DNA of 64,000 bases from the human T2T-CHM13v2.0 reference genome, Homo sapiens. Of the stretch, positions 1 through 17,399 are shown one piece after another (within the stretch, counting starts at the first letter, position 1; every line of letters begins with the position of its first letter). The notes beneath the pieces were generated by a model that saw nothing but the letters and a program-made list of their open reading frames with translations, ran no database searches and was not told the DNA's origin. The DNA is taken from the NCBI RefSeq assembly GCF_009914755.1, contig NC_060938.1; one strand, 5' to 3'. Position numbers and translations under genes: made by a program.

Positions 1-50
1 GCCTCCCGTAGGAGAAGATGGGTGACTGGGTCATTAGTTTGGTTGTTCTG

Positions 51-432
51 TGATCTGGTTTGGCTCTGTGTGCCCACCTAAATCTCATGTTGAACTATAA
101 TTCCCAGTGTTGTGGGAGGGACCTGGTGGGAAGTGATTGGATCATGGGGGTGAATTTCCCTTTTGCTGTTCTTGTGATAGTGAGTGAGTTCTCATGAGAT
201 CTGGTTATTTAAAAGTGTATAGCCCTTTCCGCCTTTGCTCTCTCTCCTGTTCTGCCATGTGAAGATGTGCAGGCATCCCCTTCGCCTCCTGCCACAGTTG
301 TAAGTTTCCTGAGGCTTCCTCAGCCATGCTTCCTTAACAGCCTGTGGAACCGTGAGCCAACTAAACCTCTTTCTTTATAAATTACCCAGTCTCAGGTAGT
401 TCTTTATAGCAGTGTGAGAATGCACTAATACA
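51..432 (+). mobile_element. Solo MaLR LTR (THE1D/MSTA-type)
   Basis: Starts TGATCTGGTTTGG and ends CTAATACA; typical motifs GGAGGGACCTGGTGGG and TTTATAAATTACCCAGTCTCAGG; 382 bp. Confidence 0.9.
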
Positions 433-3400
433 GTCTCCTTGTCTCTCTGTAGTGTTATTTTCTTCATGCCATGCTATTCTGAGCTGCAACTATTTTTGAG
501 CCATGTGATATTGATGCTAAGGTAGAAGATAATATTCTCAATCCTTTTGATTATTTTTTCTCTCCTAAAGTCATAATTTGTCCACTTTCCTTCCTTCCTT
601 AATTGGAGTACCAGGACTAGCCTGAGGGTCAACATTTATACTCTCTTTTTTTTTTTTAATCCTTGTTTTCTTCCCCAGCAGCCACAGGTCAAGTTCTTGC
701 CCCTTCTAATGGTCTGGTCATTTCTTTTCCTGTCTGCCTGAAACTGGCAGACCCTGAGAACTGTCTACAGGCCTATAGCTAATTCTCAGTTTTTCCTGGA
801 TAGTTTTAATAGTATGGATGTCATCCTGACTCTTAGCTTCTTTTCCTTCTCCCACCAGTTCTCTGCCATTCAGCTATTTTACCGCTGCTTTTCTTTTTAC
901 TAAGATGTGCCTATCTCTGCATCCATGAGGCCTCTGTTTCCATTCTACCTTGCAGCCATCTGCTTCTCACTTTTGCTGTTGTTGCTCGTAATTGTAAGTT
1001 TAATATAAGCAGCAGCCTCAGGAGACCCCATGAAAGCAATCTTCTGGAAACAGTCAAAGTGCTGGGAATTTGATGGTTGGATCTGGGAATATCAATAATG
1101 TCTACAACTGATGAATGTAGCTGGCTATAGATTCTGAAGTACTCCAGTGCGTCATCAGCATTTCATGAGTATACTGTCTGTGTGATTTTTTCACAGAGTT
1201 TCCCTTTGAATTTTATGTCTGCAGAGTTTCTAAACACTGCACCTGGCTCATACAGTTACAAGCCTTCTTTCTCAGTATTTATATAGTTGTTTATTCAGTC
1301 TCCAAGATGATTAGTTATTTGAGATGAGTAGAAGTTGCATCTATTCATGTAATCAGAGCTTGTTTTCTTGCTCACTGGTGGCCAGATACAGGTCATAATA
1401 GTATTTTATTTTCTTAACTTTGAATAGCGTTAAAGGGGAGTGGACTCATTTGAATTACAGGAGGTACTGAAAGAAAACTATATTATTCATTACATTTTGT
1501 AAAGCAAGGAACAAAGAGGAATAGTTGTTTCCTACCATGGTAATTTCAGACTCTGAAAGATCTGTTTATAAGCCAAATGTAGACATACCTATCCCTAACC
1601 CAGATTTTTTTATGGTCTTCAATTTTGTAATTATTTAGAATTGAAGGGTTTTTTTTCCTTTCTGCCACATATTTTTGTACACACCCTTTCTCCCTCCCCT
1701 TTCCCATGCTTTTGTTTCCTTGAGAAAAGGAGCGTCCCTCTTAGAGCATAGAATAAACATTCTTTGTGAAGTGTGACTTATTTATGCTTCAGGGGTTGTC
1801 AGTGTATACACAATAGAGAAGGTGATGGAGGCTCCGAGGCATGCCAAGTCAGCACTTTGTGCATGTTGAGGCCAAAGAGCATGTTAAGCAGGCTTAAAAA
1901 ATTTTAACAAGTCAGAACATTTTACAATTTCCATATTTATCAAACATGTCAGGGGATGGGATCACAAAGCCTTCCAGGGATTAACTGCCTCTCTGACTTG
2001 AACTGTTTTATTAAGATGGAAGAAGCCAAGTTCTCAACACCCTGTGATTTGCTCTAATAACCACAAGAATCAGAATGTAGGTGATCCTTGCTGAATGAAA
2101 GCAATCCTAAGGCTAAATGCTCTTTGAATGGGGAAAAAAAAAAACTCTCTCAACAGATGAACTATGTGTGAAACTTTCTAACAGAGCTTAGGAGTTTGAA
2201 GTTTATTTACCTAGAGCTTCAGTTTTATTAATTCTCTGGTTGGTGGTTCTTGACCTTTGACACCCAAGGACTTAGACTGTGAAGCCTAAATAGAAGGCAT
2301 TCAGAAACCTGAAGACATTCTCAAAGAGGGGTGGCCATTGGCTTTTTTGGGGTTGGCAAAACATCCTAGAGTTATTATTTGTTTTTACATGTTTGGGGTT
2401 TGGCAGATCCTAAGATGCATTTTGCCAAGCACTTTCCTTTGAATTTTAGTACAGGAATATCTTGGGTGGAATTTAATTCGTGATTCATTTGCATTATACT
2501 GATCAGAATGCCATTTTGGAAAAGATATCTGATGACTGAGAAATATTAGGAGATTTACAATTTTTAAGTACCAACTTTTTCTTAGATGGGAAGAAAAATG
2601 GAATTCAAGCCCCAATTATTTTCAGTGAGATTTGGAACTTGGAATCTTGAACTAAGTAGTAGTTTCCAAATGTGTCTGTATTACTTTCTCTACAAAAGCG
2701 AACCAGACTACTTCCCTGGCTTGATCTGCAAATCTTTAGAAAAGTTACAGAGCTGATATGCAACCTTGGGCTGGTATTTAATTTGAAAACTAATGTTAAA
2801 AAGGCTTTCTGATAAGTAAGTAGGGAGAGTAACCCTCTTCTGAAGAAATAGATTGGAATTAAAAAACAAACTAAGACTAAGCATAAGTGAGATCTTGGGT
2901 TTGAAAGCCAAATTGCCAAAGATGGCAAAACCCCTAGAGGGCTAAAGTTATGTGAAGTGCCATGAGGTAGCTTTTCCATTACTGTTTGCAGAAAAGGTTG
3001 TAAAAGAAGGAACTGTGCTGAAACTTTACAAATGAGTACCAAACCATAAACTTTTTAAAGAACAGGGAAAGCACATAGCTAAATATGGTACCCAACATTA
3101 TTGCCCATCAGGCTGCAACAAAGCATGATGACAAAAACAGGTTTTTTCTTGTCTACTGTCAGCTTCCTATTGTTTGTAACTGGCCCAGGAAAAGCAGTGC
3201 CAGCAACTCAAATGACTGCTCTCACTGTCTTCTTGAGAAAACAGCAGTGCAAGCAAGCGTCCATCAGGAAAAGAAAGAAGCATTTTAAACAAATTTACAT
3301 GGATATCTTTAGGTTCAAATTATTTTGAAACCAAAGGATATGAAGTGTTGGGAATTCTAGTTCTGAATTCTATAAATCAGTGTAAGGAGAAGGACAGTGT

Positions 3401-4023
3401 GATAGAGACTCTTTTATTTGCTTCAAATAGTGGGGTGAATAAGTTATAAGAGTATCACTGGGCCAGTGTTGATGATTTTCTTTTCTCTCTTGTTCCCCAT
3501 GTTCTTCAAACTGCTTAAAAGTCAAAACACAAGATGTATTTTGAGTTCTTGACCTTATCCTGGCCCTGACTTAGTTTGTCAGAATATTAGGTTGTCTACA
3601 GAGATCCACCCTGGTTTCCATCTAAATTTTTTTAGATTTTGGTCAACTTTCTATATCTTTATTTAAATAACTGTAAGTATTCCTTTCAGTATAATAAAAA
3701 TTTATGTTTTTCTTCTTCTTAAACTTTGGTCCTTGTCCTTGTTACTTTAAAACAGAGAACTTAGTAAAGATAACTTTTTCTTTTATTTCTCATTTTTCTC
3801 TTTCTCTCTCTATACCCCTCTTTGCTTGCCCCCGCCCCCAACCTTGTCTCTTTCTTACTGGCTATAATCTAATTAGTGAATGCTTATCAATGACCAATGA
3901 GAACATTGTCACATTTTACATTTTGCTTGTTACTGAACTGTAATCTCTGTTGCAGAAAGCAGGATTTTTGTGAGGTTGAAAGGAAAGTGTGGCATCCCAT
4001 GAGTCTGATGCTATTACGTTTTA

Positions 4024-4374
<351 letters not shown>

Positions 4375-5186
4375 TTATTGAGAGCATATCTTAGCTTTGG
4401 ATAATAAAGAATATAGATAAACATTTTAAGAGCAGCTCTTGTTTCATACTTCTTATCTCACACACAGTGCCTTTTACACAATAAGGGCTGAATAAAATTG
4501 TTACCCATTTTAGTTCAGTTAATTTTTGAATGTGAGGGCAGATCATTTAATTCCGTATCTTAATATATAATCCAGGACTGGTGAATAATACTTCCTGCCA
4601 AAAATCCATTAACCTTACAGGAAACAAAACCCAGTGAGGATCATAGAAGTAAAAATAACTTAATTTAGATTTCATAAGTTGTTATTTTTTTAGAGAAAAG
4701 CATAAAATGTTCTGTACCTGCACATTTGAAAATAAAATCAAGAAGCAAAACATTCTCATGAGTAAGAATATGAAACAATAATTTGAAAATACCAAAACTC
4801 AGTATTTATTACTGTTCTACAGTAGATATTAGTGACTAGGGAAAGGACAAGGTGGCTATGGGGTAGTAGAAAAGGGAGCCAGATATGCAAACCTTTGGGG
4901 ATGATGATTTAACTGCTTCATGACAGTTAAGAAAAGATTTATTTTTTTTAGGGTTTAAAATTACTATATTTAAAAATATATAAATATTTGAGTTTTTTCC
5001 TCAAGTCTGGAAGCAGAAGCATTCCTCAGTCTTTCTCTCCTTCGACATGGCAGCAACAGCAACAGCAGCAGCAGCCACCGCTGCTGCCACGGCCCTGGCT
5101 CCACCTAGGGAAATTGCAGAAGACCCTATCTCATTCTAGTGAGGAAGGTTCTATGAAGTAGATAGTTCATCTTGTAGACTTTTTAG

Positions 5187-5500
<314 letters not shown>

Positions 5501-5523
5501 TAAAACTTTTAGAGCCATCTTCA

Positions 5524-5872
<349 letters not shown>

Positions 5873-6714
5873 CTATTGACACTTCTTTATAAATCAGATA
5901 AAATTATATTGAAGTCCAGTTTAAGCTCATTGGATGAAGGATATTGCATTTCAGTGTAGTGTTTATAAGAAGTCTACTTTAAAAATATATTTTTAAAAAT
6001 GATTGTAGGATCCTGTTTTTTTGTTTTGTTTTGTTTTTTGCTTTTTGTTTTTTTTTTTATTCTAACATTTCCTATGTTCCCACAATATTAAGAGACCATT
6101 TCACATCACAGTCTCACTGCTGGAGACTTTTACTATAATATATATTTATCTAAATAAGGTTTTATTTATTTGTAGCTGCATAAATAAGGTTTCTACTTAG
6201 AAGGAAGCCTCTTGAGAGCCTATATTTGTTTTTTGTACATTTTAAACTTCTGTTCTTTAACACCAGAAAGCAAAAGAATGAATAGCAGGTGAACAACTCT
6301 AAAAAAGTAGAGATAACAAGTAGAAGGAAAATAATGTTTATGAGAAGAAAAGTGGTCTTGTTATTGAGGGAGCCAAGCTGCTAAACAGAGTGGGAAGAGA
6401 ACATTTGTTCAGTCTCTACTTGCTGGGGCAATAAAGCCTTCTATCTGCCCCTGTTCTGTGTAAAATCCTGTTAATATTAGATATTTTAAATTTATGATGA
6501 TAAAAGAAATGTGCACCTTTTGTGGGAAATTCGAAAAGAACGAGGAAAAATAAAGAAGGGCAACCACCTCTAACACCACCACCCAGAAATAATGACAGCT
6601 TTCAAGTGTGTTTCTTTCTAATCTTTTCTGTGTAATTTAACATAATTGAAATTATACGGAATAAACAGTTTCTTGGCCTGCTATTGTTTTCATGGACTAC
6701 AATTTTGTACTCTC

Positions 6715-6875
6715 ATTTTGAGTAATTATAATGTGCCAGGCACTGTGTTAAACATTTTACAAATATTAATATTATCTCTTCTCAGCACTATGAGGGTGGG
6801 TATAGTTATACCTTGAGCTTATATTTCAGGGAATGTCTACAAATGAGTCTACTGCTTTAAGTAGGCTTCACTGTA
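6715..6875 (-). mobile_element. MIR fragment
   Basis: ATGTGCCAGGCACTGTGTTAAACATTTTACA MIR core-like sequence. Confidence 0.55.
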
Positions 6876-7214
6876 TGAAGAAAATGCAGACAGCAGAAAA
6901 GAAAGCTAGACGTTTTTCATGGATGCTTCTTTCTTTCTTTTTCTTTTTTTTAGGTTTTATTTTGGAGGGAAGGAAGAAGAACCTGTCTTCTTTAAAAAAT
7001 GAAATATTTTTAACCGAAATGTTATCTAGTGTTTAGTGTGTCAACAAGTTCTAAATTGTGGAAAAGTCTTATCAGAAGAAAGGCTGCTTTGAAAACGATA
7101 TGGAAATATTTGTTGGGTGTTCACTCCTTCAACGTCTAAATGAAATACACTGGGGAGTAACTGAATTTTACAGTATTTAGATAGCTACATAGTGAGCAAT
7201 CAAAACATTCTTTA

Positions 7215-8464
<1,250 letters not shown>

Positions 8465-9539
8465 TAATAGAAATGAGTCCAGGAATCAGTAACTTGGATA
8501 CTTTGTTAGCTGTTCGAGACCCTGGGCCAGGCCAACACTTCCTAAAGGTGCCAGAGCACACAGAGAGCATAGAGATTGCACTGATTGCAAACCTATCCAA
8601 GGGCCCCAGCTCCTCTGCTAACACCCAAGGCCTCTCCACCTGTTTTTCTCCGAGTTGCTCGTCACCCTGTCCTTTACCTTCTAGATTCCCCAGGGCTCCT
8701 GGTCTCCTTGGAATTAAGACTTTGAGATTTTGTTGTAAGAGTTTCCAAACAATTCTTCACAATATCTCTTGGGTTTGTCCTTGTTTATCCAGGCCTTTGT
8801 TACTCCCACAGCCTCCTTGCCAGCCTTTTTGATGCATCCTTTGCTGCTCACTGCCTTAATACCCATGCCATCTCCAGGTCTGTATTTCTAAAACATTTCT
8901 CTTGTGTCATTCCTCTGCTCCAAGAAGGCCTTGAATGTCAAGCCTGTTTTTCAGCTTGTCTTTTGAGGTCTTCTGTAATCTGGCTGTACACAACCTTACA
9001 CTTTTATTTCCGGCTCCAACGTAAAGCTTCCTATGAAGTCCAGTGGTGTGAATTTCAACTTGTATACCTTGATTGTATTTTTCACAGGTCTAGAAAATCC
9101 TTACTTTACAATTTATTTAAATCTTTCTAATCTTAAGTTCTATTTTTTCTATGAAGTATTCCCTGATTCAGTCTACCTAGGTCTTTTCTTTCTCTGTACT
9201 TCTCTTACAGGCAGTATCATAAAGATGAAGTCATGTTTTTATGGAAGCCATTTTTCCCCAACGAGATTATAGCTGTGATGGTAAAGCTGGTACCCTTCAA
9301 AAGCTTATTCCTTTCCTTTCCCTTTCCCTTTCTTCTGTTTTCTCTTTTCTTTTTTCTTTTCTTTTCTTTTCTACCTCTGTCCTCTTCCCCATCACCCCCT
9401 TGATATTAACATCATTGCACTATATATCCTTTTCCTCCCATCATCTTTCATTTTCTCCTGACTCATCAATATACCAGCATAACATAGGATGTATCATTTT
9501 TTAGTCGACAACAAAAAGATTTTATTTTTTTCTTCATAG

Positions 9540-10660
9540 CATTGCATAATATATTTTCATGTAATACAGTTTTGAATCCTACAGAAAAATATGAAGAAAT
9601 AAAAGTACCTGAAGAGCCATCACTGTGAGTAGTCCACCATCAAAATTTTGATAACTGTCTTTTTAGGCATCTCTATTCACACGCATGTGTGTGTGCTCAC
9701 ACATCGACATGAGTACCATACTGCTTTCTCATGAATATCTTTTTTAAAATGCAGATTTTTTTTGGAGAAGGAAGTTTACCTGCCCTCTTCTCTTCCCCCT
9801 CTCCCCACCATCTCTTAACGCATTTATGTTAACAAGCTGTGTGTTTTTGCATTCATCAAACCCATTTTATTATATGCAAATACATTATATATAATGGTAT
9901 AAATGGGGAGGGGGAGTGTGTTTTGCCAAAATGGGATCACCTTATATACAGTTATTTGGATCTTGCCTTTTTTTTTATTTATTTATAATTATATGTTAAG
10001 AAAATCCTTCTAAGAAAACATTTTATATCCAACTCCAGGAGAAATATTAAAAAGGGAAAAATTTGATTGGATGAGCAGATATTAAATATATATATATCAA
10101 TAAGATTTTCTCTGTACCATTAAATAACTAACTTTAAAAAATAAAGAATAATTGTCATTCATAGTAGTGTCAAAAATCTTTAAAATGCCTAAGAATAAAC
10201 TAAAAGGGAAAGTTACCAGATTTCTAGAATCCTGATTTTCTTAAAAACTGGATAAAATAATGTTAAAATTTATATAGAAAAATTAATATTTGAAAAGAAC
10301 CAAGAAGTTCATGAAAAAGATTATCTACTTCTTAAATTTAAATAAAAACATATATTGCCTGTTTTCTTGGCACTACTAAATTATTCTACAACATGACTTA
10401 ATGACTGCAGAGTATTTCAACATCGGAATGTACTCTCATTTATTTTACTAGTCTACTTTTGAAATTTAGGTTGTTTGTTTGTTTTCAACATATATATTTT
10501 TGCTATATAAATATGCTGTAGGGAATAGCCTTATGGACAAATTCTTATATACAACCCTGGTTGTTTTTATAAAATAAAAACCTAGAAGTGAAATTGCTAG
10601 GTGAATTTTCACATTTTTAAAACTTTTGCCACAGGAGTGCTCATTATTGCACTTTGCTAA
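9540..10660. mobile_element. Highly diverged L1M(E) fragments in mixed orientation
   Basis: CCTAGAAGTGAAATTGCTAGG-type antisense 3' motifs plus an A-rich sense ORF2-like segment at about 10050-10330. Confidence 0.5.
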
Positions 10661-10681
10661 TAATAGAGTTTGTTAATCTAA

Positions 10682-10935
10682 TTTTTTTTTTTTTAAGAGT
10701 CAGGATCTTGCTTTGTTGCCCAGGCTGGAATATAGTATAAGCATGATCATAGCTCACTGTAACCTCAGACTCCTGGGCTGAAGCAATCCTTCCCCTTCAG
10801 CCTCCCAAGTAGCTAGGACTACAGGTGCACATGACCATGCCTGGCTAATTTTTTTCATGTAATTTTGTAGAGATGGGGTCTCACTGTATTGTCCAGGCTG
10901 GTCTTGAACTCCTGGCCTCAAGCGATTCTCCCATA
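10682..10935 (-). mobile_element. Alu (AluJ-like, 5' end truncated) followed by (GT)n at 10958-10982
   Basis: Antisense Alu sequence with poly(T). Confidence 0.9.
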
Positions 10936-11389
10936 CGCATATATATCCTCCCACATATGTGTGTGTGTGTGTGTGTGTGTGTAAAATGCAGTGTTTTTAG
11001 GAAAAATATAAAGAGGTCAACTTACTAGCTTTCAAAACTAAGAAGAAAAGAAGAACACTCCCTTGAGGTTTAAGGCATTTTGACATGTAAATTGTACACC
11101 AATAGATAGGCACATTACATGTAATAACCAGACCATAGACTCTTAATTTTGTTGAACATGCCCAAAAGCTCTGTGTCTCTTTATCTCAGTCTGCTTCAGT
11201 CACTAGGGCAATGAGGACATTAACTATCACATCTTGAAGTAACTTACAAACAACACTTTGACATTTGGAGCATTCTATACCAGAAATCTCTTAAATTACA
11301 ATTTGTTTCTTAGGTCTAGCATGAGTAACACCATCAAAGTGTATTTCTTTGGCTTCTGCTATAATCAACAATAATAGTAATAATAACTA

Positions 11390-11580
11390 ACATTTAATAT
11401 ATACAACAAATGCTGTGTCAGGCACTGTGCACTGTAACTGAGGTGGTATATTTACTTTTTTTTTTTTCTTTTTTTAACTGATGAGGAAACTTACCCGTAA
11501 GAGCATTTAACTAATTTGCCAAGCCAGCAAGTGAGGATAGAGCCCTGGAGTTGGTCCCATTACCACTATAATCACTTCCT
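11390..11580 (-). mobile_element. MIR fragment
   Basis: TGTCAGGCACTGTG...GATGAGGAAACT...ATTTGCCAAG. Confidence 0.55.
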
Positions 11581-11661
11581 CTAGTCATTCTTTCCTTACT
11601 CCAAAGTTTACTTCATCATCTCTAGCCATTTCTAGATACCTTTATTCTTTTCTTCTCTTGA

Positions 11662-12079
<418 letters not shown>

Positions 12080-13089
12080 TAGTTTTACAGGTAGCCATAT
12101 TTATATTTAACCTACGCAAACTTGATCTTCATCTGCAGAAAAAGGGAATCAAATCTACTGCTCATTTCATTGGAAAGAATATTTATTTATCTTGATGTTT
12201 AATCGAGCTGTGGGCTCTGCCTTTTAAATACTGATTAGTTCTCCAATAGAACAGTTCTTTTGGGAACTGGGAAGCTTTTATTTTAGACATTTAGGGTATA
12301 GTTTTGAATTAAAGGCTATTTTTCCATAAGCGGTTCTGAAAGGTTAAGTTTTGTACGAAAGAATGGGCTCTAGAAATTTACTTTGGAACTTAGATCACTT
12401 CATTGGGAATGCCTAAGTGAATCTTTGACATAAGTTGTCCAGGTGTCTTTGCTTTATTCTTTGGAATGAAAAAATGTATGGGTCAAACAGAACCCATCTG
12501 TTTGGAATATCTTTAGTATCCAGACTCTGACCTCCATGTTTTTGGTTGTGAGAATGTCAGCATAGTACCTGGCTTCTAGAAAATGCTCTATAAATATAAA
12601 TTGCCTGGGTGAATAACTGAATTAATGAGTGACTTAATGATAGAGACTGAGAATGAGAAGATAGAATGGTTGTTCTGGAAGTGATTGCTTCTCTCCAGCT
12701 AAGCCTTTAACTCTGGGCTGTACCATCAGTAGTCCTTGCATACTGAAGTCAGACTTTTCTGGTCAAGAAGAACCTTTTAGGTTCTTGATAAAATACCTTT
12801 TATTCTTAATTTTCCTGTAAGTACCTGAATGTATTATCTTGAATAACTCCAATTCAGGTCCTTAGATTCCTCACGTTACTTGAAATTCTTTGTTTCCTCT
12901 AAGAGTTCACTGTATCTCACAAATATCCTGATATAATTCTGTTGGTAAATATTGATCTCACTTTGCTCTGAGATCAGGCTGATGTATATGTGTGGTAGGT
13001 AATAATCCCTATTTAGGCTGATACATTGTTCACATATGCACATATTATAATACACGCAAACATACAGAAATACACACTTTTTCCCTCTG

Positions 13090-13845
13090 AATTTTTGGAA
13101 TTGAAGACATGATACTCCTTTATCCTTAAATGTTTCCATGCATGTTTCCTGAAAACAAGGACAGTCTCTTATACAAACATGATGTAATTATCAAAACCAG
13201 GAAATTAACATTGATACAATACTATTATCTAGTCTGCAGACTGTATTTGGGTTTTTCCAGTTGTTCCAGTAATGGCCTTTATAACAAGTTAAAATCCCTG
13301 AGCATGTGTTGCATTCACTTGTCATGCCTCTTAATCTTTAGTCTGGAACAATTTATTCTTTGTCCCCTGCAACTTGACATTTTTTATGAGTGTAGGCTTT
13401 TTATTTTATAAAAAGCTGCTCTTTTGATTTTCTCTAATGATTTCTTATTATTAGATTCAGGTTATGAATTTGGGGAAGTAACACCACAGAATTGATATTT
13501 TGTTTTTATCTGTTGTTATGTAAAACTATGAATTCATATTGATAACTACAATTTCCTTTCAGCATCACACTATTCATTCTGTGATTCCTCCCTTCCATGT
13601 TTTTAGCTTCCTTCTTCAACAGCAAGAAGCCTGGTTCCATTACCCTCAATAAATTTACTTATTTACTCAATCCTAGATATGAAAAAGCAACTTCAGAATT
13701 GCTAACCCATACATCTTTAAAAAGGAATCCTGTTAACTAGTATTCAGTATTTGTTTAGGGTGCTTTTTGGTTTTAGTCTGAGGACATATAGTGTAAATAC
13801 TATCTTTAAATAAAGTTACTTGGGTTAGTTTTTCGTTCTCTCTTC
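13090..13845 (-). mobile_element. L1MC4/5-type 3' region
   Basis: AACAAGGACAGTCTCTTA...ATCAAAACCAGGAAATTAACATTGATACAATACTATTATCTA, characteristic of L1MC 3' ends. Confidence 0.7.
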
Positions 13846-13859
13846 TACCCCCAACTCTG

Positions 13860-14148
13860 TCCGTTGGAAGCATAGGCAAGACAACCTGGGGCTTGTGATT
13901 GATCATCAGAAGTTTGGTGGGGGGCGGTTGGTCTTGGGGACTGAGCCCTCAAACTATGGGATCTGACACTATCTCCAGGTAGAGTCAGAATTAAACTGAA
14001 GTAGTGGACACCCAGCTGGTGTCTACTAAAGAACCGATTGCTTGCTTGGTGTGTGGGGGGAAAATCCCCACACATTTGGTCACAGAAGTCTTCAGTGTTG
14101 ATGGTGGTGTGAAAACAGAAGAAAAACAGTTTGTGTTTTTCCACTCAG
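13860..14148 (+). mobile_element. MER21-type LTR 3' fragment
   Basis: GGGATCTGACACTATCTCCAGGTAGA...GGACACCCAGCTGGTGTC...CACACATTTGGTCACAGAAGTC. Confidence 0.75.
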
Positions 14149-14647
14149 TGTATTATAATAATCCCCCTTAACAATTTAGGAATAAACTGATATTCCTGAC
14201 AAGCAAAAATAACTTATCTAAACATGTAATCATTTGGGCTTTAGTTTTCACATTCATAAAAATGAAGGCATTGGTCTAGGTGATCTGTAATGTGCTTTCC
14301 ATCCTTAATATTTTTGAAAAAATATCTGTGACATGTTCAGTATAGCTAATTTTGATTAAATAAACATATTTTAAACCTATTTTTAGAACCAGTTTTGGGG
14401 AGAATTTTTGCCTTTAGTGATAGAGAATTTTTCCCTTAATGTAGGTAGTAAATGTTATAAGATTATATTGTTTATCTACAAATCAGCAAGTATAACCAGG
14501 GTTCTGAATTCTCATGTCATATGTAAATCAGTAACCTTTCAGAGATTAAATGAGAGCAATCATGTGATAGCAGCAGCAAAAGATCAATATGCAATGCTAG
14601 ATATAGAAATCTTCTTGTATCTTTAATATATATCTTAATTTTAGTCC

Positions 14648-15040
14648 TTGTATTACTGATCTTGTGCCATGTAACAAATTAACTCAAAACATAGTGATTA
14701 AAAACAACATTAATATGTATGAGCACTCATAGTTTCTGGCTGGGTACTTCTAGCATTGGATCTCTCATGAGGTTTCAGTTAGATATAGGTTAATGAAACA
14801 CGCATCTGACAGCTTGACTGAGCATGGAAGATCTTCTGTGTTGGTCACTCGTAGGCTGGCATGTTGATGCTTATTCTTAATGCTGGCTCTACACAGTGAG
14901 CAAAGAGACCTAGTGTTAGAAGTCACAAAACGTGAGTTTTATATTCCATTGGTCACACTGACCAACTCCAATTCAATATGGAAGAAAAACTACCCAAGAG
15001 CATGAGCATCACTGGGAGTCATCTTGGAGGCTGGGTTTTA
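14648..15040 (-). mobile_element. Old MaLR LTR (MLT1-type)
   Basis: TGTAACAAATTAACTCAAAACATAGTG start and CATCTTGGAGGCTG end. Confidence 0.6.
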
Positions 15041-15209
15041 GTGTCTGTCCTTGTTTTTGTTTTCAGTAGAAGAAATGACTTTTTTAGTGCCCTTGAAATA
15101 ATTGCTAAAATGGTCCTCAATGAGATATAATCCTTTTGCACAGATAATGGTACATTTTTTTCTTACTAGAAACTAGAGCTTACTTACTATATTTACTTAC
15201 TAGTCCTAG

Positions 15210-15528
<319 letters not shown>

Positions 15529-15546
15529 TTAAAGAAATATTTGTGG

Positions 15547-15863
15547 GGCTAGGTGCAGTGGCTCATGCCTGTAGTTCCAGCACTTTGGGAGGCTGAGACA
15601 GGCGGATTGCCTGAGCTCAGGAGTTTGAGACCAACCTGGGCAACACGGTGAAACCCTGTCTCTACTAAAATACAAAAAATTAGCCAGGCGTGGTGATGTG
15701 TGCCTGTAGTCCCAGCTACTCGGGAGGCTGAGGCAGAGAATATCTTGAATCCGGGAGGCAGAGGTTGCAGTGAGCCGAGATCACACCACCACACTCCAGC
15801 CTTGGCGACAGACCAAGACTCCGTCTCAAAAATAAATAAATAAATAAAAATAATAAATAAAAT
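15547..15863 (+). mobile_element. Alu (AluS-type)
   Basis: Sense dimer with (TAAA)n tail; flanked by AAGAAATATTT on both sides. Confidence 0.95.
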
Positions 15864-15875
15864 AAGAAATATTTA

Positions 15876-16225
<350 letters not shown>

Positions 16226-16899
16226 TCAGAGCCATGAATGTTCCAAATGATAGTAAAATTGGATCTCAGCTTCCTATTTTATGGCAAACGAGGTGATTAC
16301 TGGTAAAATAAATGAATAAATAAAAAATAATAAAAATAAAGCCTTTAAAGAGAAAATGTAATAGTTCTTTCCAATGATCTTTAGATTTTTTACCATAATC
16401 ATCAGAATTATCTTTGATGGTTTCTAAAATGTGTTGTATTAATGTATAATGTAAACTTTAATAAATGTGCTTTTAAATGCCAGTTGCTGACATTAAAATA
16501 TATCTATAATGAAGTTCAAAGATAAATGGAACTTTCTGAAAACTCCTTTGCAAGTTAATTTAGATATAGGAGGTAGGATTTGAAAACAGGATCACATTAT
16601 AAACTCAATAGTCCTAGAATTATTATTTAATATATAAAAGATATCAAAATGCATTTGTAAACATTTGAAAGATAACAGAATTGGAAAATTATTGTTCATT
16701 TAATACAAAAATGCTTTCAGAATCTCTTAGCTTTTTTTGTCATTTACTAGAAAAATTGCTGGTTTCTGTATTTTTTCTTTTTCTTCTTCTAACTTTTTAA
16801 TTTATTATACATCATTGTACTAACAGTAAAGGAAATTTAAATGATGAAAATAAAATCTGCCATCTTATCAAGTTCAATGTGACTGTAACCTTTTAGTTC

Positions 16900-16901
<2 letters not shown>

Positions 16902-16940
<39 letters not shown>
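16902..16940. repeat. (TG)n microsatellite
   Basis: About 19 perfect TG units. Confidence 0.97.
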
Positions 16941-16943
<3 letters not shown>

Positions 16944-17399
16944 GTTGGCTTTTATTGATGTATATAAAAAGATTACAGACAGCAAGAGAAGATAATCAGA
17001 GGCCTTTTCGTTCTTATCAAATTAAGTTGCTTTATAGTTGTATTTTTCTTTTATATTTTAATATGCATTTGTAATTGATAGAGGAAAGAATTTGTCTTTC
17101 CTCTGTCTCCTCTAATTTTGTGCCAAGGAAAATCTGGCACAGAATTAATCAAATTTTTGCCTAATTTTTATCATGATATAATTAAAAAATTGAGTATATG
17201 ATACTCAATTTTATCTTTATTGTATTTTATTAGCAAGGGCTTATTTATTAATGTATACTAGGTTTTGGAGAATGACTTTCAAGTATAATCTGTTTATTTA
17301 TTCACAATTGGTTTACCAGTTTCCTGATGTTTCTGTCCCTTTGCATTTTTGGTCACATACCTTTGACCCTTTTTGGCCTTTCCAGTAGAGGCCAACTAT

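Noticed and set aside
2385-3943. Cluster of 67-145 aa ORFs in unique sequence
   Set aside because: No recognisable domains, overlapping frames and AT-biased composition; consistent with chance
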